Source: a virus. From it: DNA of 64,000 nt. The stretch is taken from IMG/VR virus record IMGVR_UViG_3300037501_000241; one strand, given 5' to 3'. Position numbers and translations under genes: made by a program. The stretch's first letter is position 1. The number at the start of each line of letters is the position of its first letter. The notes beneath the pieces were generated by a model. The model saw only the letters and a list, made by a program, of their open reading frames with translations. It was not told the origin of the DNA and made no database searches. Positions 44,087 to 55,161 of this stretch are shown piece by piece.

Positions 44087-45076
44087 TTAAGAAATTGACG
44101 AACCATCGCCTTTAGAACCTGCGATAAATTGCCATCCAAGAGCAATCGGAGCAAAACTAACAGAAGCATCGTTTTCAAAGGTTCCGTTTGATATTACCGA
44201 ATCTTGAGCCAAGCGAGGTTTCCAAGCCCAACACATAAGCATTCTGTTTGGTGTTCTATCCATTGCAACAACAAACCAATAATTCTTGTATGCCGCAGGC
44301 ATATACGGCATAACGCGAAAATCAACAACTTTGCCACGACCCTGAAATGCTTCTGCAGAAGCCGTTGAAAGGTTAAGATTGGCTGTCGGACCATATTTTG
44401 AATCAATCGCCTGTTGTACCGTAGGCGCGGCTTCAATAGAACACAAAACTCTTAAGTGTTTTGTCGGAAGCATCTGTGTTCCATTTTGACCCTTAAATCT
44501 ATCCATTAAGTTGATTAATTCAACCAAAGCCGATGCTGAGAATGCGCGATGTGTATCACCAGAGCCGAAGTTATTAGCTTGAGTTCCTCCTGATCTCAAT
44601 GGATGCGCTGTATTAATCAGAGAAAGTGAATCACCACCAGTGAACATCGCAGTTGTGTGCGAAAGATAGATAAATCTTGTCGCGTCAAATTCAACGTTGT
44701 AATTCAACGCGTTAATCGCATTGTCAAGCATTGATATAATTTGCATTTCATGCTTTTGCTGTTTAGCTTTAGTAAGCCAATGTATATCTTCTTCTGTAAT
44801 TACCAATCTGCTTGTATATTTACGAAGTGTTACTGTTACAGGGTAATCTCTATAAATTTCATTACTCCCATAAGTTTGTCCCTCAACTGTCAAAATACCC
44901 CTTGCCGGACCCCAATATCCTTGCAATTGTTCATCTGCCGCGTCTGGTTCAAAATCGTGGAATCCGTATTCCTGGTATCTAAGTTGTGAAGACAAATCTT
45001 GCATTCTGAAATCCCATAGCGCGCCTATCGCGCGACTCTTTGGGTCAGAAAACGAAGCTGTTGTCATTAAAGCCAT
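44087..45076 (-). CDS. Major capsid protein (copy)
   Basis: Identical to 1723..2712. Confidence 0.8.
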   Translation of the reverse strand: MALMTTASFSDPKSRAIGALWDFRMQDLSSQLRYQEYGFHDFEPDAADEQLQGYWGPARGILTVEGQTYGSNEIYRDYPVTVTLRKYTSRLVITEEDIHWLTKAKQQKHEMQIISMLDNAINALNYNVEFDATRFIYLSHTTAMFTGGDSLSLINTAHPLRSGGTQANNFGSGDTHRAFSASALVELINLMDRFKGQNGTQMLPTKHLRVLCSIEAAPTVQQAIDSKYGPTANLNLSTASAEAFQGRGKVVDFRVMPYMPAAYKNYWFVVAMDRTPNRMLMCWAWKPRLAQDSVISNGTFENDASVSFAPIALGWQFIAGSKGDGSSIS

Positions 45077-45097
45077 ATTTTTATATTAAGTTATTTA

Positions 45098-45553
45098 TTA
45101 TGGTTGTGCGTATGCATTTTCTTCCAATTCGGAAGCAACAACAACTACTACATCGTTATCACTTTCAGAATATGGATCAAATGCAAGAACTTTAACCTGT
45201 CCACCTGTAATATCCGACATTCCAACCACGAATGACCCAGAAGTTACAGTTGAGAAATCCTTGTATAAATTTAAGTCTGATTGAGCGCAATCCTCACTTG
45301 ATGGGAAAACCATTTCCACATCGCGGGCAATAACAAATTCAGGACAATACTTGTCAACAGTAGTGTTATCGGAGTCAACAGTTATCGTTTCTGTTGCCCA
45401 TCCAAGAATTTTTTGTCCCGCGCTTACTGTCTCAAGATAACCATCTGAATTTATACCAACAGGGTCCGCTTCAGCAAAAGCACCACTGTTTTTAGCAATC
45501 AATGGCTGACCTCTCTCTACGCGAACAGGCGCTCTGTGAAATAATTGTGCCAT
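45098..45553 (-). CDS. Capsid decoration-like protein (copy)
   Basis: Identical to 2734..3189. Confidence 0.6.
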   Translation of the reverse strand: MAQLFHRAPVRVERGQPLIAKNSGAFAEADPVGINSDGYLETVSAGQKILGWATETITVDSDNTTVDKYCPEFVIARDVEMVFPSSEDCAQSDLNLYKDFSTVTSGSFVVGMSDITGGQVKVLAFDPYSESDNDVVVVVASELEENAYAQP

Positions 45554-45576
45554 ATAGATTTATTATTAAAGGTTTA

Positions 45577-46038
45577 TTATGCCTGCGATGAACCATATTG
45601 CTGCGGTTCAGCGCAAGTTACTACTACATCGTCATCATCAGCTTCGTTATTCGGATCAAAACCTCTAACAAGAAACTGGGCTTTTGAACTTGCGGCAAGA
45701 TTCAAAGTCATTGCTCCGGTTGTTACAGAACCAAAATCGCACCACGCGCCAATATCGGTTTGCGTGCAATCTTGGTCTGAAGGATATGCCATATAGATAT
45801 TCATCATTGCGTCCACATATTGCGGGCAATAAAGCTCTACTGTGGCATTTGTTGAAGCGGTTGTCTTATCTTCCAAGCAAAAACCAACAATCTGACTTGA
45901 AGTTGTCGCAAGAGCCAAGTAACCACTTGAATCAATATATACAGCATCAGCTTTTGAAAATTGCGTGTTTGCAACACCGATTGTCGGATACCCAATAAAT
46001 CTATCAACGGCACTTTCGTGTAAAAATCTTTGTGCCAT
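45577..46038 (-). CDS. Capsid decoration-like protein (copy)
   Basis: Identical to 3213..3674. Confidence 0.6.
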   Translation of the reverse strand: MAQRFLHESAVDRFIGYPTIGVANTQFSKADAVYIDSSGYLALATTSSQIVGFCLEDKTTASTNATVELYCPQYVDAMMNIYMAYPSDQDCTQTDIGAWCDFGSVTTGAMTLNLAASSKAQFLVRGFDPNNEADDDDVVVTCAEPQQYGSSQA

Positions 46039-46056
46039 ATTTTAATTATAAGTTAA

Positions 46057-46728
46057 CTATTTTTTAAGAAACTTTAACGCTTTAGGATTAATTGCTTTTA
46101 CAAATTGAACCGCGGGATCGTTTTCATCGTAATAGTCAGCTCCCTCAGAAGAAGCTTTTGAAGCAGAAAATGATTTCATAATATCTTCTCTTTTCTTTTC
46201 CATTCCCTCTTTAATTCCTTCATTATAAATAAGTTGCTGATTGGCAAGTAATTTTGCCGCCTTAATCTTCTCTTCATTCGTTTTATAAAGCGGAGAATTT
46301 TTAACTGTTTCAAAATGGAGTTCAATTAATTTTGCTTCATCTTCCGATGACGCAACTTTATTTATTCCATCTTTAATCTCCTTTTCAAAAATAATACTTT
46401 TAAACTTTTCCTCAATTCCGTCAACCTTTTCATTAACCATTTTTTGTATGGTTTCTGTTAAAATTTCCGCATCAAGTTTAGGCTCTTTCTTCATTGATTC
46501 AATGGCTCGGTTCTTGTGGTTAATTATTTCGTTCGCTTTTTTAAGTTCTTCTTTGTAAAAATCAACTTCCTTGTTATCTGAACTTTCTTGTTTTACACCG
46601 TCTCCGCTTTTCTCAGCGTTTTCGGTAGTTTGTTCAGCTTGCGATTTTTGTTTATTCTCATTATCGCCTTGAGTTTTACCAACTTTATTTTCCGACTCGT
46701 TGGTTTGGGTCTGTGTTTCGTCTGCCAT
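46057..46728 (-). CDS. Scaffolding protein (copy)
   Basis: Identical to 3693..4364. Confidence 0.65.
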   Translation of the reverse strand: MADETQTQTNESENKVGKTQGDNENKQKSQAEQTTENAEKSGDGVKQESSDNKEVDFYKEELKKANEIINHKNRAIESMKKEPKLDAEILTETIQKMVNEKVDGIEEKFKSIIFEKEIKDGINKVASSEDEAKLIELHFETVKNSPLYKTNEEKIKAAKLLANQQLIYNEGIKEGMEKKREDIMKSFSASKASSEGADYYDENDPAVQFVKAINPKALKFLKK

Positions 46729-46862
46729 AAAATTATGGTTAGTTTTTCTCCGCAAGAAGAGAATTAATACTTGCTTAAGTTTTTATTTTCCGCCATAAAC
46801 TTATAAAAATGGCTGTTATTTATTTTGAAATTATGTCAACGATGGGAGGATTTGGTTTCATA

Positions 46863-47189
46863 TTAAAATTTATTAATTATACTTTCTTTTTCCTTAGAAT
46901 TATATTTTGCGATAAGCTCATCAAAAACTCGCTGATAAAACCTTATTGTCTTTTCAAAAGAAACAAATATCTGCAATGCTTTCCGTGTTGATTGCAGGTC
47001 TTCGGGAGCCGTTCTTATGGCAATTTCTTCATAAAAACCTCGTAAAACTTCATCATATAGCGTCTTTATCCCGCCATCCCACTTTTCTTTTATATCACGA
47101 CAAAACTTAATCTTATCTTCTTCACTCATTATACCAAACTTTACTCCAAAATTATTACCAATGTCTATGTTTCTTAATAATTCTTCCAT
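46863..47189 (-). CDS. Hypothetical protein (copy)
   Basis: Identical to 4499..4825. Confidence 0.7.
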   Translation of the reverse strand: MEELLRNIDIGNNFGVKFGIMSEEDKIKFCRDIKEKWDGGIKTLYDEVLRGFYEEIAIRTAPEDLQSTRKALQIFVSFEKTIRFYQRVFDELIAKYNSKEKESIINKF

Positions 47190-47192
47190 AAT

Positions 47193-47501
47193 TTATTTTA
47201 ATTCTTCATCTGATTGCATTTCCAAATCGCGAAATGTCGTTGAATAGAACTTGGCTCTTGCATCATTCATTTCTTTCCACCCCTTTGTTTTGAAAATCAT
47301 TGTTTGAGCTTTGTTTCTAACACTTTCAGAAGCAATTTCAATTATTTCTGTCATAAATCCTTCGTTAATAAGAGATTGTATAAACATCTTTGACATCTCA
47401 TTTAGTTTTTCAATTTCTTTTTTAGCGCGTTCCTGTATCGCTTTTTGTTCTTCTGTCAATTCTGGTAATTCAATCTTTTCTTCTTGTAATTTATTAGACA
47501 T
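47193..47501 (-). CDS. Hypothetical protein (copy)
   Basis: Identical to 4829..5137. Confidence 0.7.
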   Translation of the reverse strand: MSNKLQEEKIELPELTEEQKAIQERAKKEIEKLNEMSKMFIQSLINEGFMTEIIEIASESVRNKAQTMIFKTKGWKEMNDARAKFYSTTFRDLEMQSDEELK

Positions 47502-49401
47502 TTTGTGCCACTGGCGGTGTTTTTGTTACTCCCAAACCACGCAAATTTGGCGGTGTTTGTTGAGGCATAGAACCTGCCGGATTAAAACTATTTATTTGTG
47601 GAATTTGTGGTTGTTGTTGAATTAACAAAATATTCTCATCATCACCCTGCGATTGTATAACCTGACGCAAAGCCGCTCGCTGGTCTATATTCGGATTATT
47701 AAGATATACCTGTAAATACTTTTGTAAAGTCAAGTATCTTTTTGAAGCATCATCAATTCTCTGAACAGGATTTCCGACAACTTGTATAAACAAATCAAGA
47801 TTTTCAGCATAAGACGGGTCAATATATGTTATTTCCCGTTCAACACCCTGTTTTTTCGCTTCACTTTCCATTGACAAAATATCAAATGCTTTCTTCTTTC
47901 TCTGTTCTTTATCAAGATTCATTACATTATCAAAAATTATATCAATATTTCCGATAGCGCCTGTTTTTAAATTCTGATTTGGAATAGACACTCGCGCCAA
48001 TTCATTTACTTTATTTCTCGGATAAAATTGTATTATATTGCGCAACGTAAGCCACCCTTCTGTTTCAATACCGGTCGCAATCATAATACCGAAAGAAATC
48101 ATTAATCTATTCGCGTTTAACTCCATAATTTCAATCTCGCCCAAAGTGCGCGGTTGTCTTGATGGTTGACCCCCGAAAGTTGGCGAGGTCGAAGCGCTAT
48201 CGGCAGATTTGCTTATCAAATCAAGCATTGTAACATCGCTTTGCGTCACAGGAGTTACTCCCGGAACTTGTATAAGGTCTTCCTGCGGATTGCCCTGAAC
48301 ATTCGTAATCTTAGAAGGAACATAAACATCTTTATCGACCACAAAGCCGTTGCGCGCGAACATTGGCGGCATTAAGTTCAACTTCTCCTTATTCATTATC
48401 ATTGTCCGCAAAGCATCCGCCCATTTCTTATCGTGTCTAAGTTTATTAGGCAGAGAATTTCCCCAATAAAAGTTAGCATCAAACATTTCAAAGACCATCT
48501 TGGAAATAGGATAGTATCCGTGTCGGTAAGCATCAATATTATCAATCGGAAACATCAGAACACCATTTATCAGAACATTAAAATACTTTTGTTGTTTTCT
48601 TTTCTTGCTTAATTTTTCAAAAGGAACAGGATACCATAGGCGGATAATCTGCACCCTATTTTCTTTAATCAAAAGAGAGTCGTATTCCTTAAAAAAAGGT
48701 TGTGATACATTCCACTTGCTTACTTCCCCTGGTATCACATACTTAAAATTATCCAAAGAACCAAACTCGCGTTTCGCTTCTTCATAAGAAACATTTTCCT
48801 GAACACGCAAAAAATGCGGTTGTTTCTGTATATCGTATTGTAAAAAATTAGAAATAAAAACTTCTTCGTTAGGTATAATTTCAGTTTCGTGTTTCCTATC
48901 ATCATTTATATAAATCATTCTATGAACAGTTCCTTCAACAACTGCCTTATGAACAGCTTGTATAAATTTGAAATGTCCGTTAAGAGACGGACGACCATCG
49001 TTTTTTACGGCATAAGAAAGAAGGATACCAAGAATACGAGAAATAATATTATCAATTTCCTGATTTTGATTCTGCGCGAAAACACGAGGTTCAACAAGAT
49101 TTGAAACAAGGTTTGAAATAAATACATTAACCTTGTCGCGAGTAATGCCGTCCGGATAATATTTCATCCAATCATCTGATGGGTCCGACGGAACAAAATT
49201 ATTGTAATCGGCAATACAATCATCCCAAAATTTCTGCAACCCGCGCCCGCCAAGAAATTTAAGCGATTTTAGTTTCAAATCCAAATCCTTGCGATAATCT
49301 TTATAAACTTTAACTATAAACTCAGAAGTTTCTTCGTCAGGAATATACGTCGGAACGGATTCGGGAAGTTGTTCTAAAATCATTTTTTTTTCTAATGCCA
49401 T
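47494..49401 (-). CDS. Portal protein (copy)
   Basis: Identical to 5130..7037. Confidence 0.8.
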   Translation of the reverse strand: MALEKKMILEQLPESVPTYIPDEETSEFIVKVYKDYRKDLDLKLKSLKFLGGRGLQKFWDDCIADYNNFVPSDPSDDWMKYYPDGITRDKVNVFISNLVSNLVEPRVFAQNQNQEIDNIISRILGILLSYAVKNDGRPSLNGHFKFIQAVHKAVVEGTVHRMIYINDDRKHETEIIPNEEVFISNFLQYDIQKQPHFLRVQENVSYEEAKREFGSLDNFKYVIPGEVSKWNVSQPFFKEYDSLLIKENRVQIIRLWYPVPFEKLSKKRKQQKYFNVLINGVLMFPIDNIDAYRHGYYPISKMVFEMFDANFYWGNSLPNKLRHDKKWADALRTMIMNKEKLNLMPPMFARNGFVVDKDVYVPSKITNVQGNPQEDLIQVPGVTPVTQSDVTMLDLISKSADSASTSPTFGGQPSRQPRTLGEIEIMELNANRLMISFGIMIATGIETEGWLTLRNIIQFYPRNKVNELARVSIPNQNLKTGAIGNIDIIFDNVMNLDKEQRKKKAFDILSMESEAKKQGVEREITYIDPSYAENLDLFIQVVGNPVQRIDDASKRYLTLQKYLQVYLNNPNIDQRAALRQVIQSQGDDENILLIQQQPQIPQINSFNPAGSMPQQTPPNLRGLGVTKTPPVAQNV

Positions 49402-49407
49402 AGCAAT

Positions 49408-49896
49408 TTATTTTTTTCTTAAATGTTTTTCAAATTCGCTTTTTAATTGTCTTAAACCATTTATCGGTTTTGTAAAAAACTGCTTTTTTTTGGAATCAAA
49501 CACAACCTGAGAATTTTGTATCTTTTCATATTTCTCATTCGGCTGTTTCAACTTTTGTATAACTCCATTATTAAAATAAGCAATGCGGTGTATCTTTTCG
49601 CGAAGTTCTATCCAAGTTTTCCAAGAATGGAAAAATCCGCAATTTATACACCGGAGTCCGCGTATCCCTTTTGTCCTCAACAGATGATTATTTTCACATC
49701 CGCAAACTATGGTATATATTTTCTTTCCATTTGCTTCAAACCATTTTATAAACAGATTCCCATCTTTCGGAAAAATATTCGCTTTCTGGTCTTCAAAAAC
49801 ACTCTTAACAATCTGTTTATCGGCAACATCTTCCATCGCTTTAATGTCTTTTGACAGATCGAGTTTACGACCTTGCGGATTTATAAAATTACTCAT
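49408..49896 (-). CDS. Hypothetical protein (copy)
   Basis: Identical to 7044..7532. Confidence 0.7.
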   Translation of the reverse strand: MSNFINPQGRKLDLSKDIKAMEDVADKQIVKSVFEDQKANIFPKDGNLFIKWFEANGKKIYTIVCGCENNHLLRTKGIRGLRCINCGFFHSWKTWIELREKIHRIAYFNNGVIQKLKQPNEKYEKIQNSQVVFDSKKKQFFTKPINGLRQLKSEFEKHLRKK

Positions 49897-51206
49897 ATAT
49901 TATCAATAACTCTTCCGCCATTGCTTCCATACATTAATTTTTTATACTTTTTAAATTCTTTAACATCATACGATTCTTCTTTTACCAAAGGAACTTTAGA
50001 TAAGTTCCAACAAGCGAAAGATAGTGCCATTACGCAATCATCGTGTTCTGTCGTAGAAACAAGTTTAATTTTCTTTGTTTTTTCATCTCTCTCATACCGC
50101 ATTGCCTTAAGTTCTTTTATAAGCGGTTCATAATTTGGCAATTTTATTGAATCTGTTTCTATCAAAATGCTTAAATTTTTAAGCATTGCTTCTTTCAACT
50201 TTTCAGTCGTTGTAAAACGCTCAACAACTATTCCTCTTTTTTGCAAATGGTCGCAAACTGGTTCCCCAATAGAATTTGCTTCAACGCGCAAATGAGCTTT
50301 ATTGTATTTTCTCCAGTTGCTTTCAATCCGCGATTCAATCAAGTTATAATCAAGTTGCGTAAAACGATCAGGGATACCAACTTTCCAAGTATGCAAATCA
50401 ACAGGAATAATAACTGTGTAATCATTTAATTTAGCCAAGTCAATGCCTATTTGATATTGTCTTCCGTCTTGAATAACCAAATCGCCATCCCATAAATTAT
50501 TATCTATTCTTCTAAAAAGACCTGAACCGGTAGCATTAAACTGACTTCTGTATTCTTGATCATAAACAACTTGAGGCAATTCTCCGTTAAGCACATCTTT
50601 TTTTAACCTATCAAGTTCTTCCTGTGGAAGTATTCCTGAAGTTTCAGCATCTAAAATATTTCCGCACCACCAATCCTTATCCTTTGTTTCTGTCGCTCTT
50701 TTATAAAAATTATAAAGATTTAAATATCCTTTAACTGTGCCAATAAACATCGCCCAACCGCGCGTCAAAGACAACATAGGTTGCAATATTGTCGTCCAGA
50801 TTGAAATATCAATATCATCAAATTCATCTATAACCAAACCGCGAAGACCGCTTCCTCTCAAATTTTCAGGATTATCAGCGCCAATAAAACGTATTATGCT
50901 TCCATTTGGCAATTCTATTTTTAATTCGGTATGATTTATTTTGCAGCCGGGCGGAATATACTTATTTAACATTTCGGGATCTTCAAAAATAATTCTTTTT
51001 ACTTGATTGGCATAAGGAGCAATATACCAATAAACACCAACTTGTTTAAATGCCTCTATAATTAATTTGTTAAGAGCAAAGCAAGATTTTCCCGCGCGCC
51101 TGTGCCATATTAAAACTATAAAGCGCTCTTTTCTTTTTAAAACTTCCATTTGATAAGATCGTGGGATAAAATTATAAGGAATAGATATTTCATTTCCCAT
51201 AATCAA
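49893..51206 (-). CDS. terL: Terminase large subunit (copy)
   Basis: Identical to 7529..8842. Confidence 0.95.
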   Translation of the reverse strand: MIMGNEISIPYNFIPRSYQMEVLKRKERFIVLIWHRRAGKSCFALNKLIIEAFKQVGVYWYIAPYANQVKRIIFEDPEMLNKYIPPGCKINHTELKIELPNGSIIRFIGADNPENLRGSGLRGLVIDEFDDIDISIWTTILQPMLSLTRGWAMFIGTVKGYLNLYNFYKRATETKDKDWWCGNILDAETSGILPQEELDRLKKDVLNGELPQVVYDQEYRSQFNATGSGLFRRIDNNLWDGDLVIQDGRQYQIGIDLAKLNDYTVIIPVDLHTWKVGIPDRFTQLDYNLIESRIESNWRKYNKAHLRVEANSIGEPVCDHLQKRGIVVERFTTTEKLKEAMLKNLSILIETDSIKLPNYEPLIKELKAMRYERDEKTKKIKLVSTTEHDDCVMALSFACWNLSKVPLVKEESYDVKEFKKYKKLMYGSNGGRVIDNI

Positions 51207-51678
51207 CTATTTTATAAACTATATTGCCGGCAACATTCTCGGTACTTTTGTCAGTAATTAAACGAATTCTCTTAAAATAAATATCATTTATAGCGGCAAC
51301 ATCTTTCGCTTGAATAAGTTCAGGATGTTCTTTATATTTGCTTTTAATTAACTCATTTGTATCATCAACAACTTCATAAGCATTATCAAGAATTTTTTTC
51401 ATTTTATCGCTATAAAGTCCTTTGGTGAGCTCATCCATATCCATATCCCGTATCTTCTCAATAAATCCGCGAGGACATCCAATTTCTTTCTCAAGAGTAG
51501 ATACAGGGATACCTAAATCAATCATAGAACGAACCGATAAAAGTTCTTCTATTGTTTCATATCTGAATAAACCAAATTTTTTATATCTTTCAATAAGAAT
51601 ATTAATCGTATCGCCAAATTTTTGTTTAGCTTCTTTAGAAATTAAATCTATGATAGCTAAATTTTTCTTTTTTTTCAT
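51190..51678 (-). CDS. terS: Putative terminase small subunit (copy)
   Basis: Identical to 8826..9314. Confidence 0.5.
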   Translation of the reverse strand: MKKKKNLAIIDLISKEAKQKFGDTINILIERYKKFGLFRYETIEELLSVRSMIDLGIPVSTLEKEIGCPRGFIEKIRDMDMDELTKGLYSDKMKKILDNAYEVVDDTNELIKSKYKEHPELIQAKDVAAINDIYFKRIRLITDKSTENVAGNIVYKIVDYGK

Positions 51679-51995
51679 CTCAATTTTCGTTTAAACATCC
51701 GTTGTATGCGCGTGTAAATCGGCACTTTGAACCACGCCTTTACCGGCACCAATCTTGTTAGAACACTTACAGGCAAAATATCAAATAAAAGAGATTTATA
51801 ATACATCAGCGCTTTATCCTGCACAATCGCTTTATTCCACCTTATCTGCGGACACTCTTTAAATCTTTCATCTTCTTTGTAAATTGATATTCCACAGAAT
51901 AGGCACACTTCGCTTCTAAAACAATGTTTCTTTTCAGCTATCTTTTTACGGACAAAGAACCATTCACAAATGAGATGATATATTTTTTTAATCAT
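51675..51995 (-). CDS. Hypothetical protein (copy)
   Basis: Identical to 9311..9631. Confidence 0.65.
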   Translation of the reverse strand: MIKKIYHLICEWFFVRKKIAEKKHCFRSEVCLFCGISIYKEDERFKECPQIRWNKAIVQDKALMYYKSLLFDILPVSVLTRLVPVKAWFKVPIYTRIQRMFKRKLR

Positions 51996-52512
51996 AAAGC
52001 AAACCGCCCTCCTAACCTACTTACAACCAAATAATAGTTAAAATAAATTGTAGAAATCTTATACGAGACTAAAAGCTTTAAAAAAAGCGTATAAGCGTAT
52101 TAAGTTATCTCCTCTTAACAACACAGCGGTCATAGGAAAAGGAGAGCGGATTAAATTTGTTAATAAACATCTTGAAGAGATAGTCATCAGACCAGATGTA
52201 GTGGCTCTTCAAGATGCAATGCCTCGTGGCTTAATGTCTCTTTGACAAAAGATAGTTGCCTGAGATAGCTAATCTCTTCACGGTTATTGAGATTGGTCAG
52301 TTCCCTTCATCCGTAGTTCCTTAAAATCAGCATTGATGATTTTTCCAGTAGTCGGATGACAATTTATTAAACGACAATAAACACATTGTATATGTGTTTT
52401 AATTATCTCCTCTTTTTTCCCCTCTTTTTACCACACGCCATAAAAATGAAATGCGGTTATGTTTTTACGCAGATTTGAAAATTTGTTTGCTTAACTTTCA
52501 TTCTGCAAATAT

Positions 52513-52541
52513 ATCATAACATATTTTTAGAAATATGTCAA
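52513..52541 (-). promoter_or_regulatory. Late-arm sigma70 promoter (copy)
   Basis: Copy of 10149-10177. Confidence 0.75.
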
Positions 52542-52729
52542 TAAGGTATTTTTTAAGCTATTTGGGAATTATCAACAAGGAGCGATTTTGATTATATGGT
52601 TTGCTGTGTGATGTCAAGTAATTTAAAAAATGTGGTTATGGGGAATTTGACCAAACCACAAAATATAACTTCCAAAACCCCCCATACCCGCTTCATAATT
52701 TATTATCAACGACACACCGCATAACGCCT

Positions 52730-52794
52730 CTAATTTCTATTTTTTCTAATTTCTATTTTTTCTAATTTCTATTTTTTCTAATTTCTATTTTTTT
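52730..52794. repeat. 4 x 16-bp tandem repeat (copy)
   Basis: Copy of 10366-10430. Confidence 0.95.
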
Positions 52795-52952
52795 CACTAA
52801 TTAACCGCCAAAATACCAACACCTTATTATGCAACAACATACCGCAACCACCGCCAAAACTTATCAACACCCCGACAAATCATAACACAAAAGTTATCCA
52901 CAAACACAGCCAATCCAGCAAATAACCTTATAATTTAGCTTTAAATAATCTC

Positions 52953-52981
52953 TTGACAATAATTTTAAGATGTTATATAAT
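52953..52981 (+). promoter_or_regulatory. Consensus early promoter (copy)
   Basis: Copy of 10589-10617. Confidence 0.9.
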
Positions 52982-53026
52982 GATAATATAAAAGGTCGTT
53001 TAATAAAAAAACTAATCTCATCTTAT

Positions 53027-53188
53027 ATGAATATAAATTCTATAAGCGGAACACGCTTGCGATATTATCTCATTATTTCTAAAAACTATATTGAAAACTC
53101 TAAAACATCTGGGGATATTCAAACAACAATAGACAAAGACATAAAAGAAATAGAATTGGTCTTGGCGGAAATCAAAGAACAGAAATAG
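53027..53188 (+). CDS. Small early protein (copy)
   Basis: Copy of 10663..10824. Confidence 0.6.
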   Translation: MNINSISGTRLRYYLIISKNYIENSKTSGDIQTTIDKDIKEIELVLAEIKEQK

Positions 53189-53371
53189 AGGCGAACAGAC
53201 AAGGGGGGCGGAGATGTTCGTCTCACGCTCTCCTTGCCTTTACAGGTATAAATAACACTATAACGCAAAATTTTGCGAAATTTGGCGCTTACAGGTATAA
53301 ACTATCATCTTTAGTATAAACTAACACTATAACGCAGAATTTTGCGAAATTTGGCACTATTAACACTATAT

Positions 53372-53731
53372 ATGAATATACAAGCGCAAATCAAACAATT
53401 AAGCAGAACGAGCAAATCAAAACTTAAAAAAGATGTCTGTCGAATAATCTTAAATCATCTTGACGGATACGACAATCCGCTTAACTTCTTTTTAGATCTT
53501 GAACGGAATGGATGTCAAAGCGGAATAATAGGCGAGCTTAGCTATTATGCCAATACTCATAAATTTTTCCTAAAACACTGCGAGGAAATTATGGAACTTT
53601 TGAATGAGCTAAAATACCAAACAGGAGAAGAGATTAAAATCAACGGAGAAGATAGAATGAATTTTTACGCTTGGCTTGCTTTTGAAGAGACGGCAAAAAA
53701 AATTATAGAAAATGACTTGATGATGGAATAA
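53372..53731 (+). CDS. GCxSG-motif early protein (copy)
   Basis: Copy of 11008..11367. Confidence 0.7.
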   Translation: MNIQAQIKQLSRTSKSKLKKDVCRIILNHLDGYDNPLNFFLDLERNGCQSGIIGELSYYANTHKFFLKHCEEIMELLNELKYQTGEEIKINGEDRMNFYAWLAFEETAKKIIENDLMME

Positions 53732-54298
53732 TTAACATTTAGACACTAACAAAAATGTCAATATTTTTCTTGACACTGAAAGTGAAATTATAACTGCTGT
53801 CTAATTGCTATATAAAAATGTTTAGCTTCAAAATGTCGTCAATAGCACTTTCAAATTTAGCCATTTTAATCGTAAAATTATGCATTGCTGGTGGATGCTA
53901 TATAGTTTTTTCTACAAAAATCAGCAAAAAAAAATAGCTAAAATAAGCCATTATAAAGCTAACATAATCAAAAAAATAGCTAAAATAAGCCATTATAAAG
54001 CTAACGCATTTTTGCGACTACCCCCCTAAATACCAAAAATCATATAGCAATAGCATATTTTATATAAAAATATAATAAAAATAAAGCTAATATAATAATT
54101 TTACAAAATTCTGTGCTATATATTTGTTTCCTAATTACTATATATAAATTGGCTAATTGCTGGATACTACTGCTCAACATCATTTTAGCTTAAAATAGGA
54201 TAAAAGATAGTTAAACATAACTCATTCTATTGAACTATAGCTATAGCTTTGTTTAGCAATTTATTGTATGATAAAAATAAAAACTAACCAAATGAAAT

Positions 54299-54634
54299 AT
54301 GTATATATTATTTAATACCGAAACCTTAAAAGCAAAAGAAGTTATAATACCAGCTAACTTAACCCCTATGGAAGCAGCTATCAAATCTGTTCTCTTGGAA
54401 AGAGAAAAAAGAGAAGTCGCAAAAATAAAAAAAATTGATAATAAAAAAAACTTACTTTTACAAAAAATTAAAGATAATCCTGAAATATCCAAAAGAGAAC
54501 TTTATAGGAAAATTAATAAATTAAAAGCAAGCGATCTATCTATTTTTATAGATAATTTAATAAAAGAAAATAAAATATCTTATAAATTCATTCAAAAAGG
54601 TAATAAATCAATAGCGGTTTTTACAGCATTATAA
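54299..54634 (+). CDS. Winged-helix protein (copy)
   Basis: Copy of 11935..12270. Confidence 0.75.
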   Translation: MYILFNTETLKAKEVIIPANLTPMEAAIKSVLLEREKREVAKIKKIDNKKNLLLQKIKDNPEISKRELYRKINKLKASDLSIFIDNLIKENKISYKFIQKGNKSIAVFTAL

Positions 54635-54653
54635 CTTATCCACAGTTAATCTC

Positions 54654-54682
54654 TTGACAATAATTTTAAGATGTTATACAAT
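54654..54682 (+). promoter_or_regulatory. Early promoter (copy)
   Basis: Copy of 12290-12318. Confidence 0.88.
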
Positions 54683-54882
54683 TAAAGTATTCAAGGTCGC
54701 TTAATAAAAAAACTAATTTTTAAAACACTCTTATGACAACAAATAAATACTTTTGTCCGTTCTGTGGAGAACCTATTGAAACGACAGATGAAATAAACGG
54801 TTCTCTATATGTTTCTTAGGAATTATCTTTTTATGAACAGGTTTAGATAATCTCTAAAAATTAATTAAATAAAATACTTTAT

Positions 54883-55095
54883 ATGCCTAAACAAATTAAA
54901 AAAAAGATAGAATACGAGTATTATTGCGAAAATTGTGGCAAACCCGCTTTTTACAATATATGCACGAATTACACTTCTTATGAAATTGTCTATGATAAAA
55001 AAGGAAATTGCGATGATTATTATGAAATTGCAAATTGGGAAGGAGATGCGAGTTTCTTTTGTAAAAAGTGCGCTAAAAACGAAAAAATAATTTAA
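54883..55095 (+). CDS. Zinc-ribbon protein (copy)
   Basis: Copy of 12519..12731. Confidence 0.7.
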   Translation: MPKQIKKKIEYEYYCENCGKPAFYNICTNYTSYEIVYDKKGNCDDYYEIANWEGDASFFCKKCAKNEKII

Positions 55096-55161
55096 TTAAC
55101 TAATATAAAACTTAGGTATGATATTCGGAATTGTGGAAACTATAATTGAATAGCAATCTAT